Shown: in pieces, positions 12,838 through 25,754 of the stretch | Layout: every line of letters begins with the position of its first letter | Numbering within the stretch: position 1 is the stretch's first letter | Assembly (NCBI GenBank): GCA_951406725.2 | Contig: OX597823.1 | Span: 49,228,001-49,292,000, forward strand | Direction: 5' to 3' | Origin: Octopus vulgaris | Taxonomy: Eukaryota | DNA length: 64,000 bases | Translations under genes and position numbers: made by a program | The notes under the pieces: model-generated | Told to the model about the DNA's origin: nothing | Database searches by the model: none | The model's input: the letters and a program-made list of their open reading frames with translations, nothing else

Positions 12838-12880
<43 letters not shown>

Positions 12881-12893
12881 ATATGTATGTGTA

Positions 12894-12988
<95 letters not shown>

Positions 12989-13378
12989 GTATGTATGCAT
13001 GCATTATATATATACTAACATACATGATCACCTATAAATAAATTATTCAGGTACATAGAAAACATATACAAATGCACATTGGCACTGGAGAGACACATAC
13101 ATACTTACAGAAGCACAAACTCATACAGAAACAAAAATATTCTTGTATAATCTACCAATATTTGCATACACTTACAACTATACACATGAATATGGATAAT
13201 TATATGTGTACAACTGTATCAACAGACACATGCATGTAAATCTGCACTCACACACACACATATACACACACATACACTCATTTAATTATACATGCATATA
13301 ACTATACATGAATATACAATATATCTATCTATCTTCCTATCTATATATCTGTCTATCTATCTATCTATCTCTCACCCA

Positions 13379-13456
<78 letters not shown>

Positions 13457-13642
13457 TAAGTGAATGAGAGTTGTATTCAGACATTCAGAGAATTACCAAC
13501 ACATGCATACATGCATACAGAATCATACATGCATATAGCTACTAACAGCAACACACACATGCGCACGCTAGCAATACATATGACTACTTACATACTTATA
13601 GAGAAATAAAATCATATAACCACAGACACACATGTACCAAAA

Positions 13643-13683
<41 letters not shown>

Positions 13684-13694
13684 ATATATATATG

Positions 13695-13727
<33 letters not shown>

Positions 13728-13846
13728 ATATGCATGCATGTATATATGTATGTATGTAGGTATGTTTGTTTGTATGTATGTATATGCATATGCATATATA
13801 TATATATGTGTGTGTGTGTGTGTAAGTATATGTATATATACATATA

Positions 13847-13878
<32 letters not shown>

Positions 13879-13950
13879 CGTACACAAACACGCACACACA
13901 CATATATATGCATACATATATGCTCAGTTTTCGTCTATTTCTCCCTTCTC

Positions 13951-13983
<33 letters not shown>

Positions 13984-13985
13984 TG

Positions 13986-14023
<38 letters not shown>

Positions 14024-14117
14024 TAATCACACATTCACACAATTATGATGAGACATACATACATACATACATACATGCATACATACATACATGCATACAT
14101 ACATACATGCATACATA

Positions 14118-14386
14118 CATACACACTGACACATGCATAATTACATATGCTTATACACATAGACATATACACATCCACACATAATTACATGTATATAAAT
14201 ATGTTGAAATACAGACACATGCACATGCATACACACATACATACATACATACATACATACATACATACACACTGACACATGCATAATTACATATGCTCAT
14301 ACACATAGACAAATACACATTCACACATAATTACATGTATATAAATATGTTGAAATACAGACACATGCACATGCATACACACATAT
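14118..14386. repeat. Tandem duplication, about 146-bp period
   Basis: ACTGACACATGCATAATTACATATGC...GTTGAAATACAGACACATGCACATGC at 14125 and 14271. Confidence 0.9.
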
Positions 14387-15054
14387 AGAGTAATACATAC
14401 AAACACATAATCAGGTTTGCATGTGATTATGCCTACACATAATTTTATGAATACACTTCAGCGTATAGCCTACCTGCACACACACACACACACACATACA
14501 TCTGCATAACTTACATATAACTACCTATGTATGCACACATACATTTACATAATGATATGCATATGACTACTTACTCAAAGACAAATAAATACACACACAC
14601 ACACACATACACACACATACATACACACAAACCAACAGGCAGATGTATGTCGACATAATAACATAAACACACATGCATATAATTATATAATAACACAACT
14701 GGTAAATATGCAAACAAACGTGTAGACTTCTAAACACAGATATAAACAGAGAGAGAGAGAGAGACTCACACACACACAAAACAATATATAAATAATATAA
14801 CAATTAAATGTTCAATGTACTAATTACTCTTTTATATTTATGCAGCAGTAATTTATTCAGCAGTGTTGCTTTTATCAGCTTTAATGTGTTTCAAATTGTT
14901 GACGTATCTGATGAGAATTCTTAACCATTAATTCCTGTCATAGGCACAAGGCCAATCTTTGGATAGAGAAGTGGTGTGGTTGTGGTCCATTGAAGAGACA
15001 GCAGTGTAGTGCTGATACTATAGACATTGCTGAATGGTTCTTTAATCTCCTATA

Positions 15055-15230
15055 TCTTTTGCATGTTTCAGTCTTTGGATTGCGGCCATGCTGGGACAAC
15101 ACCTTGAAAGGGCCTACTCGAACAAATGTCGACCCTTGTACATATTTTTAAGCATGATACATAAATAAACTGACACCAGTTGCCACGTAGTGATGGTGGG
15201 GATGAACAGAAAGACAAAGACAAATACATG
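15055..15230 (-). mobile_element. SINE family A, 3' part
   Basis: TTTCAGTC..TGCGGCCATGCTGG...ACACCAGTTGCCACGTAGTG. Confidence 0.6.
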
Positions 15231-15512
15231 CACACCCAACACACACACAAACACACTCACACATACACACATTCGCACACACACACACAAACATACACAC
15301 ATGTACAAGCTTACACACATACACACAAACAAACACATTCATACAAGCACACACATACAAGCACACACACACACTCGTACACACACTCACAAGCTCAAAC
15401 ACACACAAACACACATGCACACATGCACACAAACATACACACACACACACACACACATATACACGTGGAGGTGCATGGCTTAACGGTTAGCCCATTATAT
15501 ATATATATAGAT

Positions 15513-15575
<63 letters not shown>

Positions 15576-16099
15576 TAGATATACACACACATTGTGTGTA
15601 TGTGTTTGTATTCATGTTTGCACCCAGTATTTGTGTATTTATGTACCCATAACTTAGTGGTTCAGCAAAGGAGTCCAATAGAATAAGTATCAGGCTTATA
15701 AGAAAAATAAGTTCTCGGGTCATTTGTTTGACTAAAATTCTTCAAGGCAGTACCCCAGCAAGAGGGGGTTTTGTCTTGCAAGGTACTTGACCCTGTCGAT
15801 GCAGGTACAATGTAAAAAAAGCACAGATAAGACAGACAAAAGCCAAAATGGCACAGTTGACTGTTTCATCAATGATTCATTGATGACACACACACGCATA
15901 CACACACACACACACACACTCACACACACAACATACATACTTAGAGACATACCTACATAATCTAAGATATATGTTTTGAAACGATTACTAAGAATTCTAA
16001 CATGTATGGAATGTCAAACACTCCAATGCTGTAAGAATTTCTCCAGTTATCCAGGCACTAGTTTCCAATATCCTCTATTTAACCAGTTACAACTTCATT

Positions 16100-16580
16100 T
16101 ACATTATTTACATTCGACAGATATTTTTCCATCTTTTTTGTTGTTAACACAATGTTTCGGCTGATATACCCTCCAGCCTTCATCAGGTGTCTTGGGGAAA
16201 TTTCGAACCTAGGTTCTCATTCCTAAAGTATTTTTCGATGTTATTATTGTTGTTGTTGTTGTTGTTGCTGTTGTTGTTGTTTAACTGCAGGTCAACCTTG
16301 ATTGATCAAAAGCATTCCGATAGTGAGCAAACCATCTTTTTATGAGTATCTCAGAGTATATTATTGTTGTTGTTGTTGTTGTTGTTGTTCAGGTCACTGC
16401 TTGAAATTGAACTCAGAATCTTGGGGTTAGTAGCCCGCGGTCTTAATGATTTGCCATATGAAGAAGGCTGGAGGGTATATCAGCCAAAACATGTTAACAA
16501 CAAACAAGCTGAGGACAACTATCCATCAAATGTAAATAATGTAAATAATGTACATAATTCCTTGTCTCTTAAATATAGAA
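16100..16580 (-). mobile_element. Composite retroposon: tRNA-like head plus hammerhead-bearing tail, partial inverted terminal repeat, 16-bp TSD
   Basis: TSD CAGTTACAACTTCATT (16084-16099) / CAGCTACAACTTCATT (16581-16596); inverted repeats about 16100-16184 and 16459-16545; tRNA-like segment 16391-16457 on minus strand with B-box GAGTTCAATTTC. Confidence 0.72.
16146..16191 (-). ncRNA. Minimal type I hammerhead ribozyme motif (stem III degenerate)
   Basis: Minus strand reads GACAC-CTGATGA-A-GGCTG(gagggtatat)CAGCC-GAAAC-ATT-GTGTT; stems I and II pair; GAAACATT plausibly decayed from palindromic GAAACGTT. Confidence 0.65.
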
Positions 16581-16654
16581 CAGCTACAACTTCATTGTCA
16601 ACTTCTGAAATCTCCACTTCACAAAATATTGAATTTAACTGAAAAGAACTAATC

Positions 16655-16957
16655 CAGTGGTTCCCAAACTTTTTTAAGCTGCCGCCCCCTTGACACCCAG
16701 GCCATATTCCTAGCACCCCCACCCCAACTAACCATCACAAGCATAGACTTCTTTCTAAAGGAAATTCAAAGCAACAGTATTTCACAAATAAAACTTAACC
16801 TAATGAACCCATTATGTTGTGGTTTTTACATGAATAGCTATCCCATTATTGCCCCAAATTTTACATAAACCACTGACCCATTATCGACCCTCTTTTCTTC
16901 CCTTGGAACTTTCCACCACACCCAGTGGGGCAATATCACCCAGTTTGAGAACCACTG
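16655..16957. mobile_element. hAT-type MITE
   Basis: TIR CAGTGGTTCCCAAACT / AGTTTGAGAACCACTG with perfect 8-bp TSD AACTAATC (16647-16654, 16958-16965). Confidence 0.9.
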
Positions 16958-16966
16958 AACTAATCA

Positions 16967-17388
16967 TAGGTACAGGTGTGGCTGTATGGTAAGAAGTTTG
17001 TTTCCTAACCCCATGTTCCTGGGTTCAGTCTCACTGCATGGTACCTTGAGCAAGTGTCTTCTACTATAGCCTTGGGCCAATGAAAGTCTTGTGAGTGGAT
17101 TTGGTAGGCAGAAACTGAAAGAAGCCCATTGTATATATACATGTTTGTGTGTGTGTGTGTGTATTAGTGTCTGTGTTCATCCCCCACCACCTATTGACAA
17201 CTGGTGTTTAGTGTGATTATATCCCTGTAACTTAGCGGTTCAGCAAAAGACACTAATACAATAAGCACCAGGGTTCAAAATAAATTCTGAGGTCAATTAA
17301 TTTGACTAAAACATTCTTCAAGGTGATGCCTCGCTTAGCATGACTGCAGTCTAATGACAGAAACGAGTAAAAGAAAATAAAAGATAAA
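16967..17388 (+). mobile_element. SINE family A
   Basis: Full-length match to family A head, middle and tail. Confidence 0.85.
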
Positions 17389-17398
17389 GTATCTTTTA

Positions 17399-17795
17399 TT
17401 TGAGAAATAATGTTTATCACCACTTAAACATGGCTGTTCCATAGGAATTGACATTACTGCAATATTTGCTTGTTGCAAGATCAGTGACTGTGTGTCACTT
17501 GATTTTCTACAGATTCTAGCAGGTTAGCATCCACCACTGAGGATGACCACAAAGCGGTTGAAACCATACGGTCTGATGGTCTCATGGCTGGATGATGGTA
17601 GGAGTACACTCCCCTACTTGCAATATATATCGGGTGCAGATTGCATTGGATAACCAGATGGAGGAGGTGTCCTCCTGAGGTTAAAATGACAGTAATGTTG
17701 GTTCTTACAGAACAACCATGTTTAAGTGGCGATAAACATTACTTCTCAATATAATTACTGTTTCCTTCTCTTAAAGAGATTTTCTTCTTAACTAG
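17399..17795 (+). mobile_element. Small non-autonomous element with ~60-bp inverted repeats and an internal hammerhead (PLE-derived candidate)
   Basis: TTGAGAAATAATGTTTATCACCACTTAAACATGG.. (17399-17459) is inverted at 17690-17749; right boundary uncertain. Confidence 0.65.
17531..17579 (+). ncRNA. Type I hammerhead ribozyme motif
   Basis: CCACCA-CTGAGGA-T-GACC(acaaagc)GGTT-GAAA-CC(atac)GG-TC|TGATGG; GUC cleavage triplet; stem I 5/6 paired. Confidence 0.75.
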
Positions 17796-17807
17796 CTAAT
17801 TTGATTT

Positions 17808-18125
17808 TCTTTTATCTTTTATTTTTTACTTGTTTCCACCATTGGTCTGTGGCCATGCTGAGGCACCACCTGGAAGGCCTTTTTTTAGACAACAAATTGA
17901 CCCTCAGTATTCATTTTCAAATCTGGCATTCATTTTAAAGTCTGCTGAAGAACTAATTTACAGGGACATAAACAAACCAACACACACACACACAGACACA
18001 CACAAAAACAAATCAACAAACTCAAAAACGCTCACATGTACAACAAATTTCCTTACAGTTTCCAACTGCCAAATTCACTTGAAAGGCATTGGTCAGGCCA
18101 GGGCTATAATAGTAGCACTTGTCTA
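17808..18125 (-). mobile_element. SINE family A, 5'-truncated and diverged
   Basis: TTTTACTTGTTTCC..GGCCATGCTGAGGCACC...CCAAATTCACTT..GGCTATA. Confidence 0.65.
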
Positions 18126-18149
18126 AGTGTATAATATATGAAGGGTTTT

Positions 18150-18348
18150 ATCATTATCATCATCATCATCGTCATCATCGTCATTATTTAATGTTTGCTT
18201 TCCATGTTGGCATGGGTTGGACAGCTTGACAGGAGCTGCACCAGATTCCAGTTGTCTGTTTTGGCATGTTTTCTACAGCTGGATGATTTTAGTATCACCA
18301 ACCACTTTACAGAGTGCACTGAGTGCTTTTTATGTAGCACCAGCACAA
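18150..18348 (-). mobile_element. family C (RTE 3' end)
   Basis: (CAT)n tail then TTTCCATGTTGGCATGGGTTGGAC...TTTCTACAGCTGGATG. Confidence 0.75.
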
Positions 18349-18497
18349 TACATATACTCTGGTATATATATATAAAGACAAGCACAATTAAAGGTTACAA
18401 ACCTCATTCAGGGATAACAAAATCCTATGAAACTACTGGTTAGTTACCTATACTAAGAATATTAAACATTACATTTAATACTCAACTGCAAGGTAAC

Positions 18498-18549
<52 letters not shown>

Positions 18550-18568
18550 TATACATCTACATAAATAC

Positions 18569-18593
<25 letters not shown>

Positions 18594-18600
<7 letters not shown>

Positions 18601-18896
18601 ATCACGTAACCGACCAGTCCATCAGATGTAGTTACACATTGCTGGTCACAATGCGTTTGCATTGTTTTAGCCTTTGAATGACGCCACCCCGCTGGCTAAG
18701 CGAGCAGGCCAACAGAGGAAAGAGTATGAGAAAGAGTGGTGAAAGAGTACAGCAGGGATCACCACCCCCTGCTGGAGCCTCGTGGAGCTTTTAGGTGTTT
18801 TCGCTCAATAAACACACACAACGCCCGGTTTGGGAATTGAAATCGCGATCCTGCGACCGCGAGTCCGCTGCCCTAACCACTAGGCCATTGTGCCTC

Positions 18897-18900
<4 letters not shown>
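18594..18900 (-). mobile_element. tRNA-derived SINE family E (CpG-rich, young), inserted in (TA)n
   Basis: Minus head TGGAGGCACAATGGCCTAGTGGTTAGGGCAGCGGACTCGCGGTCGCAGGATCGCGATTTCAATTCCC; matches 41233 and 38390. Confidence 0.85.
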
Positions 18901-18994
<94 letters not shown>

Positions 18995-19619
18995 CATATA
19001 TATATGTGTGTGTTGTGTGTGTGTGTAGTAGAGTGAGAGAGAGAGAGATGCATATATATACACACATATATATACATACCCACACACACACACACACATT
19101 TATGCATGTATATACACACACACATATATACAAATAGCCCAAGGTGCTGCACAGTGAGACTAAACCTAGAACCACATAGTTGCAAAGAAGCTTCTAAACC
19201 ACAGTCATTCCTAAATAAATTCAAACTGAAATCAGAATATCTTTCTTAATCTTCAAAATTAAAACATTCCACTAGACAATCAGCAACACAACTACAAACC
19301 CTAAATCCACTCTGACTGAGTACAACCACCATCTATTCTAGTTGTGATTATCTTGCCATTTTTTGATATGGTAAGGAATGATTTGTGGACTTAATATTTC
19401 TAGAATGTCAAGTGACAATATACTTGTTTAAGCCCTTCAGTCATGACAACTTTTCCCTATTGTTCTTAACTCTTGGCTGTCTTAATGCCTTCTCTCTTGT
19501 TGGATCCCTGCTTTTTACTTTCACTTTCTTTTGAATTATGCTGCTCCATGTCATTTGTTTTCATGAGGGAAGGCCCTCCTCTGTCAGGTCTTGTTGGTTT
19601 TGAATTATCATCAATGCTT

Positions 19620-19810
19620 CTGTAAATTTGCCTTTTTCTAGGTAGGAGTGTTGGCCCTATGCAAACCCATTTTCATTACTGCAAAGCAGTTGTCCATATC
19701 AGTCAGGCCTCTATTCTTTGACCTGTCCAGCATAGAAAGCCCTACAAAGAACTCGCGCTCCATTGACATAGCTTTCAAGGTCATTAACCCACTATACTGC
19801 AACAAAGACT
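19620..19810. mobile_element. Possible RTE-like LINE terminal fragment
   Basis: TTTGACCTGTCCAGCATAG..CCCTAC...CATAGCTTTCAAGGTCATT resembles terminal sequences of RTE elements as recalled; not verifiable here. Confidence 0.35.
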
Positions 19811-20513
19811 GAACCCTGTGATGGTTAGTGGCTTCCTGTTTGGTTCTAAAAGTCATTTGTTATCAAGAGGAATTACAAACCCCTTGAGATGTTATCCCTG
19901 TCTTTAAACACTGCATCTAAGATATGAGGAAGTCTCTAGTGCTGTTGCTTGTATTCATTATATTATGTATTCATTGTGTATTCAGTTGAGCTTCTGCCCA
20001 TTACTGCAAGACATATTATACCAAACAAATGGCTGGTTTTTATACTGTCATTGTCTGGAGAGCTTGTCATATTGTGAGTCAGTTCTTATTCAGAATTATT
20101 ACCCTTTTAGATGAAAGATGGATTTAAGGACCCCATCTCACTCATACAATCCATTTTTGGATAGGTTTCTACAGCTTGATGCTCTTCTTAACAACGACTA
20201 CTTTATAAAGAGTACTGGTGCATTTTATTGCAGTTTCAGCACTAAAACAATTGTTACAACATTAATAAAACCAAAGGTTAAGGGTTAAAAAACAACTTAA
20301 TAATTAATTTATTCAAGAATATTCCATATTCATTTCATTACATATTCATATAATTAGAGTGTCACTTACATCAAAAACTACATTAATAAATTTTCTCATG
20401 TTTTCCATATAGCTGCATAATGGCTAAACTAGTATTCAACTGTATTTATATAATACACTTGAATTTTTTGTTACAAATATTTTCATTTACATTCAAACCA
20501 TGATAGTAGTAGC

Positions 20514-20568
<55 letters not shown>

Positions 20569-21364
20569 GTAGTAGTAGTAGTAGTAGTAATATATTTGTG
20601 AGTCATTGCATCCATGTTACTCAGTGACTAATGAAATATTTCTAACTTGTCAAATAAGTCCAAACTGACAAATCAGTTGTGACTTTTGTTTCCAAAACCA
20701 ATAATACTATAGGCAGTCTAGACATAATCTATCTTCATTTATTGATATGAAACATTTCTAAAGAACTAATCCTTTAAATATTCTTTCTTCAACCATATCT
20801 TTAGACAGATCAGAATTTTCAGCATTGAAATAGCTTCATGTATTGTACTAAGCAATTTTTCAGTTTCGTTTATAACATTTTGCTGAAGGAATAAAGTTTG
20901 ACAAATAACAAATATTTAACTAGTAGTCAATAATATATCATGAGACAGATCATATTTACAATTCTCTATTTTGCTGCAATAGTATTTATTCTTTAAACAT
21001 ATAAAGCAACTCAAAATTAACTAGTATTTGATATGAATACTTGTTTATGGATTGATTAACTAATTCTATATAACAAACAGAGCATATGTAATAAGTAAGT
21101 ATTACATAATACTAGGTGACGTTTTCTAAAGGATTTTAGTGGGTGAAATATGGGGTAAAAACCAACTTATAGAGCTAAATTACACTGTGTAACATGATTT
21201 TTGCCCTTAGAATACAACTGTTATTTCCTATTTGTTTAACCCAAGAAGGTATGAAAAATGGCTAATATTTTCTTCAAACATTTCTTTTGTTACATTTATT
21301 CAAACCCTAAATAGTTCCTCCTAATACATGGTTATAATCCTCCACCACAACTCCTGCACATGAT

Positions 21365-21691
21365 AACTGGCACTTCAACAGTCACGACAAAGAGGGTTCC
21401 AGATTATCCAATCAATGGAACAGCTTGCTTGTGAAATTAACGTGCACATGGCTGAGAACTCCACAGATATGCGTACCCTTAATGTAGTTCTCAGAGAGAT
21501 TCAGTGTGACACAGAGTCTGACAAGACTGGCCCTTTGAAATACAAGTACAACTTAGTTTTGTCAGCTGAGTTGACTGGAGCAACATGAAATAAAGTGTCT
21601 TGCTCAAGAACACAATGCACCACCAAGAATCGAACTCACAAGCATATGATCATGAGCCAAATACCCTAAGCACTAAGCCATGTACCTTCAT
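21365..21691 (-). mobile_element. SINE family D inserted into a family G repeat
   Basis: Flanked by CCTGCACATGATAA / CCTGCTGATGATAA; the flanks 21290-21364 and 21695-21810 match 43540-43715. Confidence 0.8.
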
Positions 21692-22013
21692 GTGCCTGCT
21701 GATGATAAGAGATGCACATATCATCAGCTACTAATGGGCATGCTCAACTGGTCATGGTCAAGCAACTGACAAGCTTTTCTGTGGTATTGAGCAGAATATT
21801 TGCTATAATGATATTTCCGCTTCAACAACTCAGCACTGAATCTCTCTGAAATGTAATGGAAAATAGGTCATCAGTTTGAAAGCAAAGTCTGAAGGGAATA
21901 GTAGTCATTTCCTTTGATTTCTAGATAAAAGCAAATAGGAAATAACACTTACTGATCAAAGATATATAAAAAAAGAAATTTCTTACACAGTGTTATCTTT
22001 ATAACTGCTTTTA

Positions 22014-23273
22014 TGAGGGTTGGCTGAAAAGTTCATTGGCTGACCAAGACACTCTCATGGAATGTGACCAAAGGAGGTTTATTTTTCAATATACACTCCC
22101 CCCACATACTTCTTCCATCGATGTTGCAGTTCTTGGATCCCATTGGTGAGGAAGCTTTCATTCTTTTAGTCAAAAAAGTCAGCAACAAATATGATGTCAT
22201 CATCACTGCAATACTAATTCCCAGCCAAGTTGTTTTTTTAATGCAGGGGAACAGATGATAGTCAGATAGGATCAAATCAGAATAGGGAGGCTGATCAACT
22301 AGCTCGAAGCCTCAATCATGCACAGCAACCATTGAAACAAAGGATTTGTGTGATGGAGCATAGTCCTGATGAAACTCGTCGTTTTCTTGGGCATTTGGTC
22401 TCAATAGCCTTTCATAACTGCCTTGGCAAGTTGGAATAGTATACTCCATTGATCATGTAACCTTTTTGAAGATAATCAATAAACACAATGCCATTTGCAT
22501 CCCCCAAAAGTGATGCCAATGCCTTCCTTGCAGATGAAACGACTTTGGCCTTTTTGGAGCATGTGTTCCCACTGTATAGATTGTCTCTGTGTCTTTGGCT
22601 GAAAGGGATGAAGCCAACATTCATCTTGGCTTAGGAAACGTTCAAGGAAGCCAGCTAGATCTATCTGAAACAATGTCAGATTTTCCTGTGATCCGAACAG
22701 CCTGGTGCAGTTTTGATCAGGTGTCAGAAGACATGGGACCTAATGAATTGAGTTAGAAACCTTCATTATGCCAAGTTCACTGTGCTGAATATTCCCAACT
22801 GTCTCACAGAATATGCTAATACCATTGATTTATCGTTAATTCTTTGTCATTCATCAGCATGTGGTGAATACAGTCAATGTTTTCATTGGTGGTGGTAGTT
22901 GCAGAACAGCAAGACTTTGGGTCATCTTCAAGACTCTCCCTTCTTCTCCTAAATTAAGCTACCCTTTTTGCTTTATTGATGAAGCTGGAGCATCATCCCC
23001 TAATGTAGCAAGCATGTCAGTATTAATATTGTTTGGGGCTAAACCCTTTTTCTGCATGTACTTGATAACACCACAATGCCAAATTTTGTTGATTTTCAAG
23101 GTAAGTCACTACTAGTTACTTTTGTAGTCTTCTTTGAAGAGTCACATGTCAGTTTACCTGGAAAGAAACAATGCAGTTATTAATAAGGGGAGTTGGAATT
23201 AATGCATGCATGATTTCACAGCTCTAGCATCACTCGTTCATAGTCATCCTCTGAACTTTTCAGCCAACTCTGT
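22014..23273 (-). mobile_element. Decayed full-length mariner (Tc1/mariner) transposon
   Basis: TA-flanked TIRs TGAGGGTTGGCTGAAAAGTTCA / TGAACTTTTCAGCCAACTCTGT, about 1.26 kb; remnants QDECWLHPFQPKTQRQSIQW, GIVFIDYLQKGYMINGVYY, LSDYHLFPCIKK. Confidence 0.92.
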
Positions 23274-23694
23274 TATCAATAGTGTGGTTGAGGGATGAGG
23301 TGAGAACAGTCTGTCCTGATTGACACATTTATGAGGGCAACACTTTCAGGTCTGCAGTATAAGTCTGTTTAGTGGGACTGGGAGAAAACTCAAGATCTGC
23401 CCTGGGTAGCACATATTCTAACTACAATTACAGATTCTTATTAAAGTATTCAACCTACAAAGAATTACTTTTAGTGAATTCAAATTTCAAGAGACAATAG
23501 TAAACATAGACAGAAATATTCAAATCAGTAATTTGTCTCTAATTATAAAATCAACAAATAAAAGTATCCTTTATTTTTGGTAACCATTGTTGTTGCTAAT
23601 TTTTTAATTTTTAATTAAATTTTATTTTCTGTATCACCAAAACACTTGTGGGACAAGTTGCAGTCAATTATTTGCTTTTACTCAGATAGTATTA

Positions 23695-24492
23695 AAAACA
23701 TGGTCAAACAGTTTAAAAAGTCCACTTCTTAGTCTCATGTTTGATCCGACTGCATGGCATCAAGCAACTCTTAGTACAGTCCTGGGTCACCCAGACCTTG
23801 TAAATGAAACTGGCTGGACAAAAACTGCAAAAAAGCCCATCAAATAGATTGTACTTGCAGCTTTGTCAAACCTTCGAAGGAAATGTTGATCTTTATATTC
23901 AACTAATCCAGAAACGGCCGTTCTCAAGTAATCTTATGTACATGTGATCTTTCGTTGTTTTTCCCTCTATACCTGTGTGAATTATTTTTGAGTATGCATT
24001 GTCTGGGAAATTTTTCTTATAGTAGAAGAAATAGCTAAGATTTTTTGGCTGCTATTTCTAAAAGTTCGGTGTGTGGTAAAGTAAATTAGTTTACTGAACC
24101 CTAATTATATAACATAATGTTTTAAATATACCGTAAATGGTCTTTTTACATACTGAACACTACTTGGTAAAATTAATTAATAACTAATTAATTTTACCCT
24201 TTTATTATTGATATATATATATATATGTATATATAATATATATATACACATATATAGCAATGTGTGTGTATTTGTCTTTGTCCTCCTACCATTGCTTGAA
24301 AACCGATGTTGGTATGTTTACATCCCAGCAACTTAGCTATTTGGCAAATGAGACCAATAGAAAAAAAGTACCAGACTTACAAAGAATAAGTCTTAGAGTC
24401 AATTTCTTTGGCTAAAATCCTTTAAGACGGTGCTCCAGTATGACCGCAGTCAAATGACTGAAACAAGTAAACAAATAAAAGAATAAAAGATC
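23695..24492 (+). mobile_element. SINE family A split by AT-rich insertions (about 23850-24215)
   Basis: Diverged head at 23695-23840; well-preserved 3' half at 24260-24492. Confidence 0.6.
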
Positions 24493-24496
24493 TTAT

Positions 24497-24697
24497 ATGA
24501 GTGAGATGTGGGCTACAACAAAGAAGGAAGAACATTGATGAGTTACAATGCAAAGGGACATGGAAAACTCCAGGCTATCATTGCAAATGCATATTTGATA
24601 TGAGATAATTCGAGAACAGAGTGGAGTGAATGATGTTATTGTAGAATACCAAAAGCACAATTTACATTGTGCTAGGCATTTCACAAAGTTCACAAAT
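24497..24697 (+). pseudogene. RTE-clade LINE ORF C-terminal fragment
   Basis: SEMWATTKKEEH**VTMQRDME...EIIREQSGVNDVIVEYQKHNLHCARH (cf. SETWA...RWAGH). Confidence 0.75.
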
Positions 24698-24855
24698 GTG
24701 CAGATAAGTAAATTAGACACATCAATATATAAAGTATATTAGACATATGGAATACAAAATATGTACATATGTATACATATAAGAAGGTTCAACGTACACA
24801 GAATTCAAATGACAGTAAATTAAAGAGGTGGAAGAAAGGTATTATAAGCCCAACA

Positions 24856-25690
24856 GTTTTTATCTTAGACCTGGTCTAAGATAAAAACAATAAAATAATT
24901 AAGTAAATGTACGTATATTATCTTATAAGAAAATATAAATATATATAAAAATACGTAATTTTACAATAAAAAATCAAACAAAATTCAACAATATATCTTA
25001 AAATAAAAACATCAAATACCTTATTGAATATATTCTGTTAACTAAATCTTTAAACTTAATACGTAGGACTTAGTGTTTATAATAAATTTATCTCATTAAA
25101 AACGTGGTGTAAATAAAAATAAAATAAATAGAGAGATATATTTATTTTATCTATAAAAATATATTTTAGCTTATAGAAGAAAATAATAAACTATAGTATA
25201 TCATTACTAGAAAATAAAAGTACAAGTAATTAAAACAAAATATTTAAAATACATAATATACATTAAGTGAAGCTAAATTACTATAATTTAATCTATATCC
25301 ATTAAATTATTTATTTATGTATTTATTTTATAAACATCTAAGTTTAATCTTATTCTAATTATGTAATATATACTAAGAAACTTCATGCTAACTTATACAC
25401 ATAATACTACTACAAACTATAACTACAAGAATTAAAAATAGAAAAATGGTTCAAATATATAGTCACACAAATTAGTTAAACTTATATAATTAATTCAATT
25501 TATGTATAGATTTAATACTTCACTCATTTATAGAATTAGCCAAAGTTTCTATTATTATTTAAAATATTTACTTAAATGCAATATTACATAACAAATAAAA
25601 AAAATTACTACCTATTTGATGAGATTTTGTCTTACAAAACTATTTCACAATGTAAATAATATGTAATACATTAAGATTACAGTTCACAAG

Positions 25691-25754
<64 letters not shown>

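Larger units (their letters stand above)
11186..15600. repeat. Microsatellite-dense block: (TATC)n/(GATA)n, (TA)n, (CA)n, (TACA)n, (CT)n
   Basis: Directly visible tracts; source of most YI/CV/TH-type ORFs in the track. Confidence 0.95.

Noticed and set aside
14908-14940. CTGATGAG followed by a short hairpin
   Set aside because: No GAAA or cleavage triplet follows.
11208-15950. Many 60-170 aa ORFs ([12 protein letters not shown])
   Set aside because: These are translations of dinucleotide and tetranucleotide microsatellites that lack stop codons. The same applies to the ORFs at 18.8-19.2, 33.4, 43.8, 45.8, 52.3, 59-61 and 63 kb.
18820-18900. tRNA-like sequences at SINE heads (also 41233, 39090, 16391)
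   Set aside because: No complete cloverleaf or acceptor stem. They continue into repeat bodies, several with TSDs, so they are SINE heads and not tRNA genes.
23870-23926. GAAACGGCCGTT palindromic stem III-like motif
   Set aside because: No CUGANGA core upstream. It may be a decayed pLTR fragment but cannot be supported as a ribozyme.
24166-24198. 14-bp-arm hairpin GGTAAAATTAATTA-ATAAC-TAATTAATTTTACC followed by T-rich sequence, resembling a terminator
   Set aside because: Rho-independent terminators do not apply to this genome. It is an AT-rich hairpin inside a repeat fragment.
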